DNA from: the human T2T-CHM13v2.0 reference genome, Homo sapiens
Reading direction: 5' to 3' (one strand)
Length of the DNA: 64,000 bases
NCBI RefSeq assembly: GCF_009914755.1
Contig: NC_060944.1
Shown in pieces: positions 57,008 to 64,000 of this stretch (positions within the stretch are counted from its first letter, which is position 1; each line of letters starts with the position of its first letter). The notes beneath the pieces were generated by a model. It did not search any database. It was given only the letters and a program-made list of their open reading frames with translations, and was not told the origin of the DNA. Position numbers and translations under genes: made by a program.

Positions 57008-59119
57008 ATAGGTTAATCCCATGAAGGCTAGTGTGAAGGTGGAGGAAGGTGAAAGTTCCCTTGTCCTTATCCTGGATTGATCATGGCTGGGGCCCATCCA
57101 ACTGTGGATGTCACTTGAAACAAGCAGTAGCCAAATGAAGTGGGCTCAGAAGAAAGTAGCTGGGATGGAGGCAGATCTGGAAGCCACAAGATAAGAGAAG
57201 AGGCATTTGATGCAGGGCTGAGGAAATGTGACATGATAAAGATAAAACTGGAAGAGAACAGTATAGCCATGCTCAAATATTTGCTGTTATCTGGAAGATA
57301 CATAAATCTTTATACAACTCTAGAAATTCCCTAATAGTATGTCAATCAGTGTCCAGTTAGGGAAATAGGAACCTCTTAGATATCTCAAATAGAAGGAATT
57401 GAATGTAGGGAACTGTTTACAAAAGTATTGAGAGAGTTGGAAAGGTAAGGATACCCAAAGATTAGTAACTGTAGGAAGTCACAGTCAACCTTGGCACTAG
57501 AAGAGCAACAGGAAAAATAGAATACCCAGAGCCATCAGTCACTAGACTGCTGGAGCTGCCAGAGCAGGAACCCAGGGACTTGTATTCATTGCTGCTTCTG
57601 CTGGAGGGTCAGTCTGATACAGAGAGAACAAGATTAGCTTCCCCTTCTTCTGCCTTCCAGTATCTCTCCAGTGCCTCCCATTGACTAAGCCTAAGCAGAA
57701 GCCAGCGGGCAAGATAACCTGGGAAATGCAGGGTTCCAGCCCCTTTGGCAGAGAGCAGAGCACTGAGGACAGGAATGGAGCCAAAAGCCAATGAGTGAGT
57801 GGTTCATGGTACAGGGTGGCAGGTGTAGAGAGAGTATGTGGATGAATGTAAGGAAGGCCTATCAAACCACCAGACTGGACAAAGACGAGAGAGAGGAAAC
57901 AGTTCCCCTCTTCTGAGCCATTTCAGCAGAAGTGTAACAGGGAAGTTCCAACGTATGATAGGTCACTAGACAAGATATTTTATAAGGTTCATTTAACGCC
58001 TGAGAGCCTTAGATGCCAATTATGTACTGTCCACATTCACATTTCTGCAACTGTCTTTCGTTGCATGGTTTTATGCATTTCACAGGGGTGTTGATTATGT
58101 GGTCCCCATTCGATATGAATCTCCCTGGGAACTGGGCTCACAGCTAACTTCTCATCCTCTTGCCTCCCAACCACTTTGTGCAGCCTTCGTTAATGTTATC
58201 ACCAGGCTGGTGGGCTTCTCTGCGTGGGAAATTATTTACAGTTCCACTCTGCTCTTGAAACGTGCCTAGAGTTTTAAAGGAAAGGGCCCTTCCAGAAAAT
58301 GGACAGACACTGAAAATAAACTACCCAGAAAAATAAAACCTCTTTCCCCAGCACAAAGGAAATTTAAGAGCTCATTAGCCTTAGGAATAAATGGTATTTT
58401 CTAATGTGTGAAACCACTAGCAGGCAGAATATGAATATTCATAAGCATGCTCCTGGAATGAAGGTATTTGAAACCTTCCTTTAGGTACTGCCCATTTGGG
58501 GGAAAGGTATGTTAACTATTCGTAGTCTGATTGATTCAAAATGCTCTTAAAATGGGATTTCTGGCATTTTTGTTGGAACTTGTGTTCTGACACAAAATTC
58601 CTGGTGAAAGCAATGGGAAAAACTGGCCAAACTACCAACTACAGATCAAAAGCCTGGGATTAAGGAGATATCCAGGCAGTTTTATGAACTCTACTATCCC
58701 CACTCACATTTAATAACTCTTTCCACCTTGGCTTCCACGTTGTTCTATTCCCTGACCACAGGAGCTACCTCGATGCAGAAAGTCCCATGGGACCAAACCA
58801 GCAAGGGGACGGGGTGGAGCAGAGCATACTGAATGTCTGATTAAGAACCTCCTGGGTCTCATGGACTAAGCCTTGAGTTCTTTCCCTTCCTGGGTCTGGG
58901 TCTTTTTTGCGGGGGGCAGGGGAGATGGTGGTATTGGAGTAAGCCAATGGATCTAAACCTTGACTGCACATTGGAATCACCTTTGGAGCTTTGAAATATC
59001 ATAATAACCAGGCCACACTCCAGATCGTCAATCACCGCAGTCTCTGGGGATGCACCTGGCCTTTGTTTTATCACTCAGGTGAAATCACTCAGGGGATTTC
59101 AATGTTCAGCCAATGTAGA

Positions 59120-59632
59120 TGTGGTAGCCAGTCTCTAAGATGTTGCCATCAGTTCCCACCCTTCCCAACAGGCATGCTATTCCCCCATAAAGAAAGGGAG
59201 TGTGTTTTCTACCTTCTTGAATCTGGGCAGAAGTGACACGTGCCAGTTCTAGTCTAGCTTATAGGAGAAATGACAGTTTCTGTTCTTTTCCTTTTGAAAG
59301 ATTTGCTCTTGGAACATTCCTGCTCAGACCCCAGCTGTTATGCAATGAGGCCAAAGCCATGTGCAGAGACCACATGAAGAGGGGTTGAGTGTATAGCTCA
59401 GCTACTCTCCCAGCATCAACTGCTGACCATGTTGGGAGACCCTCCCTGGAGGTCCAGCCCAGTTGAGCCTTCAGATGACTGCAACCCCCATTGACATCCG
59501 ACAGTAAATATATGAGAGACTCTAAGTGAAAACTGCCCTACTGAGCCCAGTCAACCAGAAAGATGACAAATTATTGTTTTAAGCCAGTAGGCTTTGGGGT
59601 TAGTGTCTATTATACAGCATAGTCAACTGGAG
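59120..59632 (+). mobile_element. MLT1H-like LTR inserted in a MER5 element (approx 58945-59650)
   Basis: TTGAATCTGGGC; CCAGCCCCAGTTGAGCCTTCAGATGACTGCA; TTGTTTTAAGCCA. Confidence 0.75.
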
Positions 59633-60103
59633 CGGTTGGAAACCACTGGATCAAGACTAACCATCCACAAGTAAACATTCTCCTAAGGTACTTACTGTCC
59701 ATAAGGAATTAGGATACCATCTGCCTCAACAGGGCCAACTCCATCCACATACTTAGTCTTGCCCCACTCCTACCCTCCAGCTATGCTCTGTGAGAGCACA
59801 ACAGCCTGCTTGGTGTGGACAGCAGTGGGTCAAAGGGCGCTTCTAGTCCAAACGGGTATTTATTATTAATTTTTTAATATCATGTTAAAATTCATAGAGT
59901 TCTTGGTCCTATTTGGTTATTTTGATAACACTGGAAGGAAAGATGATCAATAGTACATTTTGCCGAAAAGGAACCTGAAGCCTCAGAGAGATTATATGAC
60001 TTTGCCTTGTTGATGTAGCCAGTAATAGAGAAATAGGAAAATAAGTCCATGGGTCTTGAGTTTAATACAGGGTTCTTTCTGCTAAATTCTGTCCCTCTGA
60101 GGG

Positions 60104-60104
<1 letters not shown>

Positions 60105-60148
<44 letters not shown>
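60105..60148 (+). repeat. (AC)22 microsatellite
   Basis: Direct reading. Confidence 0.97.
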
Positions 60149-60150
<2 letters not shown>

Positions 60151-60156
60151 AGAGGG

Positions 60157-60640
60157 TGCAGTAGAAACTGCTGGTTGCCCCTTAATATTTATTTTCCCTT
60201 TGTGGCTTGAAAACAGAATGTTGACTTTACTCAGGGAAGCAATGTATCTAGCTAAAACCAAATTTCCCAATCTCTCTTGCAGCTAGTGTGGTCATGTGAC
60301 TAGTGAGATGTAAGCCTTAATGTTTTATGGAGTTTCCAGGAAGCCTGCTTTAGAGAAACCTGTCTCAATTGAGAAAAATATCCCTTTTGCCTTACCTCCT
60401 TCTTCTAGCCTATATCTCATCGAATGGCTGGAGCTCTAGCAGCTATATTGGACCATGAGGTGAGTCTGAGGGTAGAAGCTGCAAGCTGCAGACAACGGAG
60501 CAGAAAGACATAACAAGCTTGGGTCCTGCCCTGGATTGCCTATCTCCAAACTTCCTAACAAATTAGAGAATAAATACTTGGGGATTTAAGCCACTATTTT
60601 TCAGGTCTCTATTTTAGCCAACTACAATTTTAAATTCATA
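60157..60640 (+). mobile_element. Old MaLR LTR (MLT1I/J-like)
   Basis: TTTCCCAATCTCTCTTGCAGCTAG...GGTCATGTGACTA; TTTAAGCCACT. Confidence 0.65.
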
Positions 60641-61909
60641 AAGTGTACATAATTGATTATTCTGAAATTCCCATGGAAATTCTATTTGATGGTACAACTA
60701 ACCCTTAGGACACCAGAAACCTATTTTCCATGACACAGCTTTAAACTTAGGCCTTGATTCCAGCTGCCATGCCTACCTCACAGGAGGAAATGGTCCATCT
60801 GGCACGTAGTGGATGTGCATCCAATATTTATTGGAGGGAAAAAGACTTTCATTGTACCTAATTCTGATAACCACATCTCTGTTCCCTGGCATCGTTTTAA
60901 AGACTTGAGAAACACATCACAACTGTGACCTCGGTTGGCCTAGGGATAAGAGGAAACCCAGACAGATATTCCAGCCAGCAGCCCCAGCCCTCAGCCCCTA
61001 GTGACCTTATCTCCTCTTTCCTCTGGTGGCCTTGATTTACCTCTGCCCTGGATGTGATGCAAGATGAGATTTTAAAGATGCTTGTGTGATCTTCCCTCCC
61101 ATGATTTTCCACCAGATAGTTACTGCCCTTTGGCTTAGGCTCCAGAATGAGGTCATGTGGAACATCCTGAACCCAATCAGAAGTCTGGCCCAGACAAGCC
61201 CATTCAAGATCAGCCAACGGCAGCCAGCCTTCAGTCTCATGGATGTGAAATAAAATCTTTGTTGATGTAAACCACTGAGACTGTGGGCTTATTGGTTATG
61301 CAGCATTATTACAGAAGTAACTGACAGAACACCATCCACTGAGAGAACCACACTAGAAACTGGATGTCATCCTTTCCTCATCATGACTTTCCCTCATGCC
61401 TCACTTCCAACCCCCAAATCCTAAATATCCCTCAAAGCCGCTCCCTCCTCTCCAGCCCGAGTTTAGGCCTGCCTCATCTCTCTGGATTAGAATGGCCTTC
61501 CTGACTTTAGATTGGTACCCCCCAGTTCTACTTTCCCCACTGTAGCCAGGATGAGTTTTCTAAAGTATAAATCTGCTCCTGAGCCTCCCTTACTTAAGAC
61601 CATGTTGTGGGTTTCAGTGAGGGGAGTGTCCATGGGTCTTAAGAAGGGGCATGTCCACGGCTTCCATGGGCAGATGCCACTGTCTACCCTGAACATGACT
61701 TAGTTCCAGCATTCCCTGCACTGAGTTGATCACCTTTTCCCCCTTACATAACACACAGCCAGGATGGGCTCTTGCTGGGTGCTACCTGACCAAGTGCCCT
61801 GTTCTTACCCCTAGGCTGCCCCTTAGGGCACTATTTAAATAGCCTATGGTTCTATTGGTGGGAATTAAATTAGGACAGTCATTACAGAAAACAGTATGAA
61901 GATTGCTTA

Positions 61910-62326
<417 letters not shown>

Positions 62327-62664
62327 TCATTGAGCACTATTCCCAATATATGGAACCAACCTGTGTCTATCGACAGAGGAAGAGATAAAGAAAAGGTGGT
62401 TATATGCACAATGGAGCACTATTATCCCTTTAAAAAGAATAAAATCCTGTCATTTGTGACAACACGGGTGAACCTGGAAGACACTGTGCTTAGTGAAATA
62501 AGCCAGGCACAGGGAGACATATAGCACAAGATTTCACTCATCTGAGGATCTAAAAAGGTTGAATTTATAATAATAGAGCATGGAATGGTGGTTACCAGGA
62601 GCTGGGGGCAAGCGGGGAGGGCGTTGACCAAATAATATGAATTTCTAGTTAGACTGAAGGAATA

Positions 62665-62666
<2 letters not shown>

Positions 62667-62697
<31 letters not shown>

Positions 62698-62976
62698 AGG
62701 CAGAGTCTTGCTCTGTGGCCCAGGCTGGAGGGCAGTGGTGCGATCTCGGCTTACGGCAAGCTCCGCCTCCGGGGCTCACGCATTCTCCGGCCTCAGGCTC
62801 CTGAGTAGCTGGGACTACAAGCGCCCGCCACCATGCCTGGCTAATTTTTTGTATTTTTAGTAGAGACGGGGTTTCACCGTGTTAGCCAGGATGGTCTCGA
62901 TCTCCTGACCTTGTGATCCACCCGCCGCGGCCTCCCAAAGTGCTGGGATTACAGGCGTGAGCCACCGTGCCCGGCC
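62667..62976 (-). mobile_element. AluY
   Basis: GTTAGCCAGGATGGTCTCGATCTCC; CAAGCTCCGCC; TSD AGGAATAAG(TTTTT). Confidence 0.96.
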
Positions 62977-63238
62977 AGGAATAAGTTTTTAAGAGCTATT
63001 GCACAGCATGATGACCACAGTTAATAATAAAGCATTGTGTATTTCAAAATTGCTAAAATAATAGATTTTAAATGTTTTCACTACAAAAAAAATGGTAAAT
63101 ATGTGAGGTGATAGATATGTTAATTAGCTTGATATAATCATTCCACAATGTATACACATATCAAAACATCACATCATAACTCATAAATATATACAATTAT
63201 TGTTTTTCAATTAAAGAAAAATTTTAAAAACAACACAT

Positions 63239-63535
63239 GGCCAGGTGCAGTGGCTCACACCTGTAATCCTAGCACCATGGGAGGCCGAAGCAGGGAGACT
63301 ACTCGAGGCCAGGAGTTCTAAACCTGCCTGGGCAACATAGCGAGACCCCATCTCAACAACAAAAAAATTTTAAATTAGCTGGGTGTGGTGAGGGGTGCCT
63401 GTTGTCCCAGCTACTTGAGAGGCTGAAGCAGGAGGACTGCTTGAGCCCAGGAAGTTGAGGCCGCAGTGAGCTAAGATTGCCACTGCACTCCAGCCTGAGC
63501 GACAGAGCAAGACCCTGTCTCAAACAAACAAACAA
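63239..63535 (+). mobile_element. Alu (AluJ)
   Basis: AluJ-type dimer; (CAAA)n tail; inserted at the L1MA tail. Confidence 0.94.
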
Positions 63536-64000
63536 ATAGCACATATGTACACATAAAATTGCCTGCGGCTTGTCTGGCTCTCTCATAAACTGTGAGCTCT
63601 CTGAGGACAGGACCGGAACACATTTTCCCTGAATAAAGTGAGCACATTTCCAGCCCCGAAGCCTGAGCCGCTGTGTCCCACATCCCATTCAGGAAGAGGG
63701 GGTTGTCCTAGAAGTAGCAGATCTGACTCAAAAACTCAAGGCAGGAGGGGTAACAATGCCAGAGAGAGAAGTAGCAGGGTAAGGAGGAGAAAGAAGGAAG
63801 AGGGAACGGAGCGAGGAGGAAAGGAATGAGAAATATAAAAATGGAGGAGTGAGGAAGGAATTCAGGAAAGACAAGGAATCCGCACAGGCAGAGACGCGGC
63901 TTTATCAGCTCTCTCCCTTCCAGCTCACTCCTCTCCACTCCCCCACAGAACTGCTCAGGCCATGTGTGCATTTGGCTCAGGACTCCAGTGCTGGTGCCAG

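Overview
Primate (almost certainly human/great-ape, because it carries a full SVA retrotransposon) non-coding genomic DNA. I find no credible protein-coding exon, RNA gene, pseudogene or CRISPR array; the ORF track is explained by repeats and chance. Much of the window is interspersed repeat: about 25 Alu elements/monomers (many with readable target-site duplications), one SVA, L1M and L2 fragments in both orientations, many MaLR/ERVL/ERV1 solo LTRs (MLT1, MST, LTR16/33-like, MER39-like), hAT/mariner MITEs (MER5, MER33, MER58A, MER63A, MER96B-like, MADE2) and microsatellites. Mixed L1 orientation and high LTR density suggest intergenic or lncRNA territory. I cannot support a new biological system. 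The strongest observations are: (1) an SVA bracketed by two nested TSD pairs and two A-tails, i.e. an apparent combined 5'+3' transduction, inside a MER33 that was also hit by MLT1B/MSTA a few bases away; (2) two Alus fused head-to-head with no spacer at a perfect 20-bp palindrome; (3) a pre-miRNA-sized hairpin at 1159-1223; (4) a perfect AG|GTAAGT recursive-splice-type site in a motif-rich unique block near 14.2 kb. Repeat subfamily names are from memory of consensus sequences, not from a RepeatMasker run; boundaries of old repeats are approximate.
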